The notes beneath the pieces are model-generated. The model was not told the DNA's origin and did no database searches. It worked only from the letters and a program-made list of their open reading frames with translations. From assembly GCA_041694815.1 (NCBI GenBank), contig JBGFSC010000029.1, positions 1 to 64,000 on the forward strand: a DNA stretch of 64,000 nt, written 5' to 3'. The DNA is from Elusimicrobiota bacterium. Lineage in GTDB: Bacteria > Elusimicrobiota > Elusimicrobia > UBA1565 > JACRDR01. Numbering within the stretch: position 1 is the stretch's first letter; each line of letters begins with the position of its first letter. Both the position numbers and the translations under genes were made by a program. Shown here one piece after another: positions 27,007 through 36,200 of this stretch.

Positions 27007-28010
27007 GCCGTCGCGCCCTTCGAAGAGCAAATCCTAGCCAGCAGCCTCTCGAGTTCGATCTGGGGCTCCAGCCACGCCTTCGACTTGAGGGCCGACTCCG
27101 CCTGGGCGCAGGCCCATAAACCGTCGATCAAGGAAGCCTCGCTCAACGAGGAAGCCTGCCGCAGGTACTGGCGATCCCAATAGGCGTTGAGCCTGAGCTC
27201 CCGGAATATCTTGTCCTCCGACAGGCCCGCCGCCTGCATCCGCTTGGCCTTGAGCTGCTTTTGGAGGCTCGCCGTGACCTGATAGAGCAGGCGGAATTCG
27301 TCGGTTCCCTCCGCGAGCAGGCGCCGCAGCAGCTCCAGCGCGGGCTTGAGGGCGCGCGACTGCAGGAGCCTCGGGAAATCGAAGGGGTTGCTGTTCTTAC
27401 GGTACCCCAGGCAGGCAAGCGCGTCCTCCTGGGTGATGCGCTCGCGACCGCGCGTATAATGCACGAGCTTGGCGAGCTCGGCCTCGAGCACCGACCAGCT
27501 GGTGCCCGCTTCCTCGACGATCCAGCCGGCCGCCTCGCAGTCGAGAGTCCTGGAGGCGGACTTGGCCGCGGCCTCCAGCCGGCGCGCGGCCTCCTCCTCG
27601 CTTAAGGGCTTAAACACCACCACCCCTCCCAGCGCGGCCGCCGCGGCGCAGAGGGCGTCGCGGATATCCGGCTTCCGGTCGGCGGCGTGGAGCACGAGCG
27701 TCGTCGATTCCAGGGGGTCGGCTAGGTATTCGGCCAAGGTCCTGCGGGCGGAGGCGGGCAGCGCCGCGTCCTTGAGGATGACGAGCCGCCGGTCGGAGAA
27801 TACCGGCGGCATCAGGGCCGAGGCGACGGCCTCCTCGGCCTCGCCTCCGAATTCGTTAACGTTGAACGGATCGGGCTTAAGGGCCTTCTTGAGGGCCTCG
27901 GCGGCCGCCTTGCGGGCGGAGCCGTCCTCACCGACCAAGTAGTACACGGGCCGGAACTTCCCCGCCTTCCACTCCTGCGCCATCTGCTGCGGCGTAAGCT
28001 CCATGGGCAC
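27003..28010 (-). CDS. holA: DNA polymerase III delta subunit
   Basis: FRPVYYLVGED, PPVFSDRRLVILKDA, LAEYLADP, ELAKL, ELERLL. Confidence 0.9.
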   Translation of the reverse strand: MPMELTPQQMAQEWKAGKFRPVYYLVGEDGSARKAAAEALKKALKPDPFNVNEFGGEAEEAVASALMPPVFSDRRLVILKDAALPASARRTLAEYLADPLESTTLVLHAADRKPDIRDALCAAAAALGGVVVFKPLSEEEAARRLEAAAKSASRTLDCEAAGWIVEEAGTSWSVLEAELAKLVHYTRGRERITQEDALACLGYRKNSNPFDFPRLLQSRALKPALELLRRLLAEGTDEFRLLYQVTASLQKQLKAKRMQAAGLSEDKIFRELRLNAYWDRQYLRQASSLSEASLIDGLWACAQAESALKSKAWLEPQIELERLLARICSSKGATA

Positions 28011-28042
28011 CTTTATTGTAGCAACAATTGTTTGGGGCGGGC

Positions 28043-29350
28043 TCAGCGGGGGTCGTCGCCGTTCCAGTGCGACGGGTTGTTCTTCTGGTCGCGCTTGAGC
28101 AGCTTGAAGAACTCGCGGCTTCGCAATTGCCCCGGCTCGCCCTCTACGATGGGAAGACCCTTCTCGCGCACGAGCCGCCGCAGTTTCTCCTCGTCGGCGC
28201 GCAGGGATTCGAGGATGGTAGCGTATTTTGAGTCGGAGGCCGCCTCGCGCATGAGCTCGATGTCGGCGGCGCCGCGGGGTGAGGAGAGTTCGGCGAGGCG
28301 CGAATCAAGCGCCCGCAGGGTATCGTCGATCTCCTGGATATACTCCGGCAGCACCTTGAGGCGCACTTCCGTGGAGGCGCGCAGGCCCGCGAGCGGCCGG
28401 CCCAGGCCGTGGACGGATTCGAAATGCCCGATCTGGGCGAGGATGCGGGGTACCCGGACGGCTAGGGAGTGCCGCAAATCCTCCTGCTCGGCCTTGAGCG
28501 CCTCGCGGCGGCGCCGGTAGGCGTTGACCGGGTCCTTCATCTCCTCGCCGTCGAGCTTCAAGGCGTACTTGGGATCGATCAGCTTGAGCTCCTCCCAGTA
28601 TCTTGCCGGCGACGAGGCGAGGCTGCGGATCGATTCCGTGTATTGATTAGCGCGGTCGGGCGCCAGTTCCATTTGAACGAGATAACCCCGGAGCCGGGCG
28701 GATTGCTCGTTGGCCAGGTCCCGCCGGAAGACGATCTCGTAGAAGCGCGGCGCGTTGCGCCGCACCCAGGCGTCGAGAGACAGGTGGCGCAATTCGTGCG
28801 AGAGGGACTCGGTGGCGGTGTCGAGAGCCGCCTGGCGGTCGGGAAAGCGCAGGAAGATGTCGTTGAGCTCGACGCTGTAGCGATCCGCGTCCGAGATCGC
28901 GGTCCAGGAGCCGACGATCTTGGGGACTCCGTCTTGGATCCGGAGCCGGGAGCCGGCGCCCTGGCTCATGCCGATGGAAACGAGGCCGCCCGCGAGACGA
29001 TATTCCTCGATGAGCTCGCGCAGGAGGCGACGCCCCTCCGCGGAACGCTGAACGCGCTCGAGCACATCGTGCAGGAAGGCTCTTTTCTTTCTGGTGAGCT
29101 CGCGGTCCGGATCGAAGCCGACGGCGCCGCGCAGATGGATGTATCGCCCCAGCTCCTCGGCCGGGATCGGCGCGTCGAGGGCTTCCGCGGGTGGCGCCGA
29201 GGCAGCCGCGGGCGTCGGCACGTCAAGCGAGGGCTTGGCGGCGCTTCCGTCGAAGGTCCTGTTTTGCAGCTCGTCGATTTCCCGCGCCGCCGCCGATACC
29301 GATAGTGCGCAAAGGAAAACGCAGGAGAGACGCAGGAAGAGGGGGCGCAT
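28043..29350 (-). CDS. Hypothetical secreted protein with HExxH (zincin-like) motif and coiled-coil C-terminus
   Basis: Signal peptide from ATG 29350; ESLSHELRHL followed by downstream NEQSA. Confidence 0.65.
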   Translation of the reverse strand: MRPLFLRLSCVFLCALSVSAAAREIDELQNRTFDGSAAKPSLDVPTPAAASAPPAEALDAPIPAEELGRYIHLRGAVGFDPDRELTRKKRAFLHDVLERVQRSAEGRRLLRELIEEYRLAGGLVSIGMSQGAGSRLRIQDGVPKIVGSWTAISDADRYSVELNDIFLRFPDRQAALDTATESLSHELRHLSLDAWVRRNAPRFYEIVFRRDLANEQSARLRGYLVQMELAPDRANQYTESIRSLASSPARYWEELKLIDPKYALKLDGEEMKDPVNAYRRRREALKAEQEDLRHSLAVRVPRILAQIGHFESVHGLGRPLAGLRASTEVRLKVLPEYIQEIDDTLRALDSRLAELSSPRGAADIELMREAASDSKYATILESLRADEEKLRRLVREKGLPIVEGEPGQLRSREFFKLLKRDQKNNPSHWNGDDPR

Positions 29351-29400
29351 CAAATAAAGGATAACAGGCGGAGGTTTCCCCGACAAGGAGGTGTTTTTCG

Positions 29401-30726
29401 CTATGGAGCGGGAAGCAGTCGATGAACTAATTGCGGGAAATCGCGGAAGGAGTCCTTCTCTTGGAAGGGATTCTCGTAGTCGTCCTTTCTGGCGGCCCGC
29501 ATACGCACGCCCACAAGCCGGCGTTTGGAGTCGATGACCGCGTACTGTCCCAGCCAGCCGTGGGCGGAGAAGCCTTCCATCGGGCCGTATTCGGTCACCT
29601 CATAGTAGGAAAGGCGGTGGCGCTTCAATGCGGCCTCAAGCTGTTTGAGAGAATCCGGCTGGGTCCGGAAGACGTCGCGGACGGCTTGAAAAAATCGGTC
29701 GACGCCCTGAAACGACTGCCCGATCATGGGACGGAGCGGCTCAATGAGATCATTCGGTACACCCACGCGAGCCCACATTTCGAAAAGCCGCTGCGTCAAG
29801 GCGACGGTCTTAGGCTCTTTATGAAGCCACCAAAGAAGGCCGCAGGAAGCGTTAAAGGCTTGCGATGGACTGGCCGAAAGTTCGATCCACTGCCGGTTAA
29901 TGACGCGTTGGCCTTTCCAGACACCGCCGTCGAGCACCATCTGCGCGATTTTGGCGAGATCCATGGGACGGATCATCAGCTCGCCGGCCGTCAGCGGAGT
30001 TCCTGTTTTGTCCTTGGCCCAATCCCAATCCTTAATGCCGAGGGGCTCAAAGAAGTGCTTGGCGATATAAAGATCGGCCCGTTGACCGGAGGCCTTTTCG
30101 ATGACGCCGGCCAGTAGGTCGACCGCGTTGTTGTTATAGGCGAACCAGGAGCCGGGTTCAAAGACGAGCGGCGACTGTAGCGCGTGGGTGACGACCCCTT
30201 CCGGCTTGGAAACGCCTCGGTCGGTGTCGAGTCCCGACGTATGGTTAAGCAGCATGCGAACGGTGATCCGGCCTTTGTCCCCCTGCTTCCATTGCGGGAA
30301 GAAATCGGCGACCGGCTGGTCGAGCGAAGCGATTCGCCCTTCCTCCAAAAGCCGGCCGACGGCAAGGCTGACGATCGACTTGGTGGCGGACATGGCGAAG
30401 ACTTTCGTTTCGACGTCTCCGACCGAGGCCACAAGCCTCCCGTTCCTGAGGATTATGACGGCTCCCGAGTGTTCCTCCGCGGATCGTTCCAGAAGGTGCT
30501 TGAGCGCCGCGGGGTCGATGGCGGGGTCGTCCGATCCTGTTGGCGGATCGTTTGGAAAGCCGGAGACCGGCACCTTCGTGACCGGCGCGGCCTCGGGAGG
30601 AAGGGCGCCCCGAAGCCCTGCGAGTTCCTTGAGTTGTTTGAAAGGCGAAAGCGCCAGCCCCAGACTGGGGCATAACAGTAATGGCGAGCAGAGCGCAGCT
30701 CGGAAGAATAAGGCTCGAAGGTGCAT
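29401..30726 (-). CDS. Secreted serine hydrolase, beta-lactamase class C-like
   Basis: SATK (SxxK), LLNHTSGL, PGSWFAYNN (YxN), AHGWLGQ; ATG 30726. Confidence 0.9.
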   Translation of the reverse strand: MHLRALFFRAALCSPLLLCPSLGLALSPFKQLKELAGLRGALPPEAAPVTKVPVSGFPNDPPTGSDDPAIDPAALKHLLERSAEEHSGAVIILRNGRLVASVGDVETKVFAMSATKSIVSLAVGRLLEEGRIASLDQPVADFFPQWKQGDKGRITVRMLLNHTSGLDTDRGVSKPEGVVTHALQSPLVFEPGSWFAYNNNAVDLLAGVIEKASGQRADLYIAKHFFEPLGIKDWDWAKDKTGTPLTAGELMIRPMDLAKIAQMVLDGGVWKGQRVINRQWIELSASPSQAFNASCGLLWWLHKEPKTVALTQRLFEMWARVGVPNDLIEPLRPMIGQSFQGVDRFFQAVRDVFRTQPDSLKQLEAALKRHRLSYYEVTEYGPMEGFSAHGWLGQYAVIDSKRRLVGVRMRAARKDDYENPFQEKDSFRDFPQLVHRLLPAP

Positions 30727-30964
30727 TGATGTCGACCGTTTAATAGTTTCCGTAGATTGTAGCGATCTTAGGCAGCTTTCGATCAGGTACGGAGGGCCCA
30801 GCTGATGCTGGGCCTCTAGGCCCCTATAATGCCGCGGATGTCCGACGGTATATAAAGGCAACAATTTGTATCCTTAAAGCGGACCTGCCTTGCGGGAGTA
30901 TACGACCTCCCGGCTGGCCCAAAACCCTTCCAAGGATCTCGCGGCCGATGCCGCTCGATGGGCT

Positions 30965-31591
30965 TTAGTAAGGATTCGGGTTGACGGGCTTGGAGGGAAG
31001 GATCGGCGGCTTCTGGTGGGGGGGTGGCTGGTTCGAGATGCTGCGCAGCGAGCGGCCGGTGACGGAGCCGAAGCCCTGGATGACGCGCTTGACGATGTCG
31101 CGCGAGAGCAGGTCCCATAAGAACTCGCGGGCCTGCTCCTCGGTCTTGCCGCCGGTGACGGTGGGCGCCCCGAAAAGATGGATGCCCTCCATGGCGGGCT
31201 CCTGCCACAGGATCGTATTCGAGGTGCGGTCGATGAATTGCAGGTCGACGATCACTTGCAGTTTGTAGGCGATCGGCGTGAGCACCGAGTCGTACTGCGT
31301 CGGCGTGAGTATGTAGCGGCTGATGGTCACCAGCACGACGCCGTCGGCCTGAGCCTCGGGAAGCACGGCGTAGCGGCCGTCGCGGAGGAACTCGTCGCGC
31401 AGGCGCAGCACGAACTTGTCCTCGAGGCCGAACTGCTGCGTCTTGTTGATGATTGGGCGCACCGCCAGCTTCTGGATATGCCTGGGCAAGAGCTGCGACT
31501 TGGGCCGGTAGTTGATGTCGCTGGAGCTGCCGCAGCCGGCGGCCAAGACGGCGGCGGCGCAGGCGGCGAGGGACGTCAGGGATCGATTCAT
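30965..31591 (-). CDS. lptE: LptE-like LPS assembly lipoprotein
   Basis: Lipobox LAAGC; LPRHIQKLAVRPIINKT, ADGVVLVTI; immediately downstream of leuS, matching the conserved leuS-lptE-holA order. Confidence 0.75.
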   Translation of the reverse strand: MNRSLTSLAACAAAVLAAGCGSSSDINYRPKSQLLPRHIQKLAVRPIINKTQQFGLEDKFVLRLRDEFLRDGRYAVLPEAQADGVVLVTISRYILTPTQYDSVLTPIAYKLQVIVDLQFIDRTSNTILWQEPAMEGIHLFGAPTVTGGKTEEQAREFLWDLLSRDIVKRVIQGFGSVTGRSLRSISNQPPPHQKPPILPSKPVNPNPY

Positions 31592-31604
31592 TGGGAAGCC
31601 TCCG

Positions 31605-34136
31605 TCAAGCGCGCAAGACAATATTTACCAATCTATTGGGCACGACCACAACCTTCGCCACGTTCGAGCCCTTGATCAAGGCTTGGATCTTGGGCAGGGC
31701 CAGTGCCGCCTCGCGCACGCTCTGCTCCGGGGAGCCCGCGTCCACCTCCAGGCGCTCGCGCAGCCTGCCGTTGACCTGCACGGCCAGCTCGACGCGGCTT
31801 TCCCGCAGCATTTCGGGGTCGTAGGAAGGCCAAGGCCGGGCCGCCAAGAGCCCGGGCTCTCCCGCCTTTTCCCAGAGCTCCTCCGTCCAATGCGGCGCGA
31901 AGGGGTGCAGCAGCGTCAGCAGGGCGCGCGCGTCCTCGCGGGAGGGGGCGCCGGCTTCCTGGATCTCGTTGAGGTAGATCATCAGGGCGCTGATGGCCGT
32001 GTTGAAGCGCAGGCCCTCGATGTCGGCGCCGATCTTGGCGATGGCGCGGTGGCGCTGGCGCTTGAGCCCCTCCCCTTCGCCCCACGGCGCGGAAAGGGCC
32101 GTCTGGACCCTCCTTAAGAAGCGCGCGAGCCCCTCGATGCCCTGCATGTCCCACGGCTTGGAGTCGTCGAAGGGCCCCATGAACATCTCGTACATGCGGA
32201 ACACGTCGGCGCCGTAGCGAGCCAGCACCTCGTCCGGGTTAATCACGTTCTTCTTGGACTTGGACATCTTCTCGATCTGCGGCTCGAGCCGCTCGCCGGT
32301 GGCCTTGAGCACGGCGCGATTGCCCTCTCCGATGTCGAGCTCACCGTAGGCGTGGTAATGGCCCCGCGCGTCGCGGTAGGCGTAGGAAAGGATCATGCCT
32401 TGGTGGCGGAGCTTCTGGAACGGCTCGGGGGTGCTGACCAGTCCCAGGTCGAAGAGCACCTTGTGCCAGAAGCGCGCGTAGAGCAGGTGCAACACCGCGT
32501 GCTCGGCGCCGCCGATGTAGCAGTCCACCGGCATCCAGGCCGCCTCCTTCTCCTTGGACCAGGCGGCGTCCGGGTTCCTCGGGTCGATGAAGCGCAGGTA
32601 GTACCAGCAGGAGCCGGCCCATTGCGGCATCGTGTTCGTCTCGCGGCGTGCGGGCGAGCCGCAGGAGGGGCATTGCGTCGACACCCAGCCCTCGATGGCG
32701 GCCAGCGGCGACTCCCCGGTCCCCGTGGGCCTGTATTCCTCGACGTCGGGCAGCAGCACCGGCAGGTCCTTCTCCGGCACCGGGACCTTGCCACATCGCG
32801 TGCAATGGACGATGGGGATGGGCTCTCCCCAATAGCGTTGCCGCGAGAAGACCCAATCCCGCAGCTTGTAGCGGACCTGCCGGCGTCCGAGCCCCTTGGA
32901 CTCCAGATGGGCGATCATTTTCTCCTTCGCTCGAGGCGTGGGAAGGCCCTCGATGGCGGGGGACGAGACGGCGACGCCGTCGCCGCAGAAGGGCTCCTCC
33001 GCCGCCCAGCCGGCGGGCGGCTCCACAACGCGGACGACGGGCAATCCGAATTGCGCGGCGAACTCGTGGTCCCGCTCGTCGTGGGCCGGCACGGCCATGA
33101 TGGCGCCGGTGCCGTAGGCGGCGAGCACGTAATCGGCGGTCCAGATCGGCAGCTTGGCGCCGGTCAGAGGATGTACCGCGCTAGCTCCCAGGGCTACGCC
33201 CGATTTGCCCCTGCGGAGCTCGCTGCGCTCAAGATCGGATTTGGACCTCGCGGCCGCGACGTACGCCTCGACCTCGCTCTTTTTCGACGGCTCGGTCAGG
33301 GATGCCACCAAGGGGTGCTCCGGCGCGAGGACCAGGTAGGTTGCCCCGTAGAGCGTGTCCGGCCGCGTCGTGAAGACGAGGATATCCTTGCCGTCTCCCG
33401 GCAGGCCCGGGGCGTGCGCCTTAAATCCCAGCTCGGCTCCCTCGGATTTCCCGATCCAGTGACGCTGCATCGCCAGGGTGGACTCCGGCCAGTCGAGCCC
33501 CTCGAGGTCGGACAAGAGACGATCCGCGTAGGCGGTGATGCGCAGCAGCCATTGCCGCATGTCGCGCCTCTCGACGGCGGCGCCGCAACGCTCGCAGGCG
33601 CCCGAGAACACCTCCTCGTTCGCGAGCCCGGTCTTGCACGAGGGGCACCAGTTGATGGGTACCACTCCCTCGTAGGCGAGCCCTTTCTTGAAGAGCTGAA
33701 GGAATATCCACTGGGTCCATCGGTAGTAGGCTGGGTCGGTGGTGTCGATCTCGCGCTGCCAGTCGTAGCTAAATCCCAGCGAGCGGATCTGCCTCTTGAA
33801 GTTGGCGATGTTCTTACGGGTAACCTCGCGCGGGTGTATGCCGGTTTGGAGGGCGAAATTCTCCGCCGGCAAGCCGAAGGCGTCCCATCCCATCGGGTGG
33901 AGTACGTCGCGGCCGTTCATGCGCATGTAGCGGCAGAGGATGTCCGTCGCCGTGTAGCCTTCGGGGTGGCCGACGTGCAAGCCATCGGCCGAGGGGTAGG
34001 GGAACATATCGAGGCAGTAGAACTTCTTGCCCGGCCGTGGCAGCTGCGGTGCTTGGAACAGACCGGCCTCTTCCCAGCGGCGCTGCCATTTGGCCTCCAC
34101 GGCGTTCGCGGCGGCGCGCTCGACGGATAAAGACAT
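31605..34136 (-). CDS. leuS: Leucine--tRNA ligase
   Basis: MFPYPSADGLHVGH, GWDAFGLPAEN, FTTRPDT, GTGAIMAVPAHD, SRQRYWG, GGAEHA, KMSKS. Confidence 0.98.
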   Translation of the reverse strand: MSLSVERAAANAVEAKWQRRWEEAGLFQAPQLPRPGKKFYCLDMFPYPSADGLHVGHPEGYTATDILCRYMRMNGRDVLHPMGWDAFGLPAENFALQTGIHPREVTRKNIANFKRQIRSLGFSYDWQREIDTTDPAYYRWTQWIFLQLFKKGLAYEGVVPINWCPSCKTGLANEEVFSGACERCGAAVERRDMRQWLLRITAYADRLLSDLEGLDWPESTLAMQRHWIGKSEGAELGFKAHAPGLPGDGKDILVFTTRPDTLYGATYLVLAPEHPLVASLTEPSKKSEVEAYVAAARSKSDLERSELRRGKSGVALGASAVHPLTGAKLPIWTADYVLAAYGTGAIMAVPAHDERDHEFAAQFGLPVVRVVEPPAGWAAEEPFCGDGVAVSSPAIEGLPTPRAKEKMIAHLESKGLGRRQVRYKLRDWVFSRQRYWGEPIPIVHCTRCGKVPVPEKDLPVLLPDVEEYRPTGTGESPLAAIEGWVSTQCPSCGSPARRETNTMPQWAGSCWYYLRFIDPRNPDAAWSKEKEAAWMPVDCYIGGAEHAVLHLLYARFWHKVLFDLGLVSTPEPFQKLRHQGMILSYAYRDARGHYHAYGELDIGEGNRAVLKATGERLEPQIEKMSKSKKNVINPDEVLARYGADVFRMYEMFMGPFDDSKPWDMQGIEGLARFLRRVQTALSAPWGEGEGLKRQRHRAIAKIGADIEGLRFNTAISALMIYLNEIQEAGAPSREDARALLTLLHPFAPHWTEELWEKAGEPGLLAARPWPSYDPEMLRESRVELAVQVNGRLRERLEVDAGSPEQSVREAALALPKIQALIKGSNVAKVVVVPNRLVNIVLRA

Positions 34137-34142
34137 GAAAAA

Positions 34143-34182
34143 ATTATAACATTTTAGGCCTCCCGACCATTTTTGCTACCAT
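34143..34182. promoter_or_regulatory. Divergent extended -10 promoters for leuS and pepA (both leaderless)
   Basis: Minus strand TGtTATAAT (-10 at 34143-34148), 6 nt before the leuS ATG; plus strand TGcTACCAT (-10 at 34177-34182), 6 nt before the pepA ATG. Confidence 0.75.
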
Positions 34183-34188
34183 TCCGTC

Positions 34189-35637
34189 ATGATCACCCTT
34201 AAAACAGTACCTATCGCCTCCCTCCGTTCTTCGGATATCCCCTGGGCCGTGTTCGCGTATGAGGACGGCGCCATCGCGGGCGCGGCCTCGCTGCCAGCGC
34301 GCGTCAAGAAGGAACTGCTGGAACGCGCCAAGGCCGAATCCTTCAAGGCGAAGGCGTCCGAATGCGTTTCGCTGCCGTCCTCCGACGGGACGCGCCAGCG
34401 GCGCTTCGTGCTCGTGGGTCTCGGCAAGCGCAAGGAACTGAGCTCCGAGGGGCTGCGACGCGCGGCCGGAAGCCTCGGGCAATACTGCAGGAAGCGCTTT
34501 AAGTCGGTGGCGGTATTCCCCTGCGGCGACGTTCAGGCCTTGGCCGAGGGCCTGCTCCTATCCTCCTACCGCTTCGACGAGTACCGCAAGCCCGATCCCG
34601 ACTCCATATGGACCGAGGCGCGCCTCGCTCAGGAGTCCTCCGCCGCGCGCACCTTGGAGGGAGCGCTCAAGCGAGCCTCCCTTTTCTGCGAGGCCGTCGC
34701 CCTGGCGCGCGACCTTGTCAACCGAGGCCCGAGCGACAAGCGTCCGGAGGCGATGGGCAGCGTGGCCCATAGCCTGGCCAAGTCGCGAGTCTCCGTCAAG
34801 ATTATCGACCGAGACGAGGCCGAGAAGATGGGCATGGGGTCCTACCTCAGCGTGGCGCGGGGCAGCTCCGTGCCCCCTTGCTTCGTCCATTTGGTCTACA
34901 AGCCCAAGGGCGCCAAGCGCAAGATCGCCCTGGTGGGCAAGGGGATCACCTTCGACTCGGGCGGGCTCTCGCTCAAGCCGCCCCAAGCGATGGAGGACAT
35001 GAAGATGGATATGGCCGGGGCCGCCCTCGTGCTGGGCGTCTTCCGGGTCCTGGAGCGCCTGGGCGTCAAGGCGGAGGTGCACGGCGTCTGCGCCTTCACG
35101 TACAACATGCCCGGCCCGGACGCGACCAAGCCGGGAGACATCGTCCGCGCGATGAACGGGAAGACGATCGAGGTGCTCAATACCGACGCCGAGGGGCGCC
35201 TGGTGCTGGCCGACGCGCTGGTGTACGCCGGCAGGCAGGGCGTCGATACCATGCTCAATTTCGCCACGCTGACGGGTGCCGCCCTGATCGCGCTCGGCAG
35301 CAAGGTGACCGCCGTCATGACCAACGACCGCCCCCTGCTGGCGAAGATACAGAAGGCCTCGGAAAAGAGCGGGGAGGCCGTCTGGGAGCTTCCCCTGGTC
35401 GCCGAGTACGCCGAAAGGATCAAGAGCTCGATCGCGGACCTGCGCAATATCTCCAAGGTGCGCACCGAGGCCGGAACCATCATCGGCGGGCTGTTCCTCC
35501 AGGAGTTCGTCGACGGCAAGCCTTGGATGCATTTCGACATCGCGGGCCCGGCCTGGACCACCGGCGATCCCTATTGTCCGGAGGGCGGTACGGGTGCGAT
35601 GATCCGCACGGTGCTCGAATACCTGACGGCCTTATGA
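34189..35637 (+). CDS. pepA: Leucyl aminopeptidase (M17)
   Basis: VGKGITFDSGG, MKMDMAGAA, NTDAEGRLVLAD, ATLTGA, HFDIAG. Confidence 0.97.
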   Translation: MITLKTVPIASLRSSDIPWAVFAYEDGAIAGAASLPARVKKELLERAKAESFKAKASECVSLPSSDGTRQRRFVLVGLGKRKELSSEGLRRAAGSLGQYCRKRFKSVAVFPCGDVQALAEGLLLSSYRFDEYRKPDPDSIWTEARLAQESSAARTLEGALKRASLFCEAVALARDLVNRGPSDKRPEAMGSVAHSLAKSRVSVKIIDRDEAEKMGMGSYLSVARGSSVPPCFVHLVYKPKGAKRKIALVGKGITFDSGGLSLKPPQAMEDMKMDMAGAALVLGVFRVLERLGVKAEVHGVCAFTYNMPGPDATKPGDIVRAMNGKTIEVLNTDAEGRLVLADALVYAGRQGVDTMLNFATLTGAALIALGSKVTAVMTNDRPLLAKIQKASEKSGEAVWELPLVAEYAERIKSSIADLRNISKVRTEAGTIIGGLFLQEFVDGKPWMHFDIAGPAWTTGDPYCPEGGTGAMIRTVLEYLTAL

Positions 35638-36200
35638 AGCGATCCGCCCCCGCGGACGCCCTCGAGGAGCATTTCCGCCGCCTTCTTTCCCAGCTGGGGG
35701 AAGACCCGGATCGCGAGGGCTTGGTCAAGACGCCCGCGCGCATGGCGCGCGCGTGGCGGGAGCTGACGGCGGGCTACGGCGCCGACGTCGACGCCATCGT
35801 CAACGACGCCCTATTCTCGGTCGCCTACAACGAGATGGTCCTCGTCAAGGACATCACCTTCTACAGCCTTTGCGAGCATCACGGACTGCCCTTCTTCGGC
35901 AAGGCGCATGTCGCCTACGTCCCCGACCGCCGCGTCATCGGACTCTCCAAGATCCCGCGCCTGGTGAACGTCTTCGCGCGCCGCCTTCAAGTGCAGGAGC
36001 GCATGACCAGCCAGATCGCCGAAACTCTACAGGAAAAGCTCAGGCCTCTGGGCGTGGGCGTGGTTCTGGAGGCCCGGCACCTCTGCATGGAGATGCGCGG
36101 GGCCCAAAGCCTGCTGTCTCCCACGGTCACGAGCTCCATGCTGGGGACGTTCCAGAAGGACGCGCGTACGCGCGAGGAGTTCCTAAGGCTGCTTCGTTAG
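35634..36200 (+). CDS. folE: GTP cyclohydrolase I
   Basis: GEDPDREGLVKTPAR, SLCEHH, GLSKIPR, RRLQVQERMT, HLCMEMRG. True start is ATG 35634 (ATGA overlap), not 34878. Confidence 0.97.
   Translation: MKRSAPADALEEHFRRLLSQLGEDPDREGLVKTPARMARAWRELTAGYGADVDAIVNDALFSVAYNEMVLVKDITFYSLCEHHGLPFFGKAHVAYVPDRRVIGLSKIPRLVNVFARRLQVQERMTSQIAETLQEKLRPLGVGVVLEARHLCMEMRGAQSLLSPTVTSSMLGTFQKDARTREEFLRLLR

Noticed and set aside
32352..34130. 592-aa plus-strand ORF
   Set aside because: Antisense shadow of leuS, typical of high-GC DNA.
34878..35633. Long N-terminal extension of FolE (440-aa ORF) suggesting a fusion
   Set aside because: It is an alternative frame inside pepA; FolE homology starts at ATG 35634. The same artefact affects the ORF-track starts of nadK, subunit IV, ctaA and ctaB.
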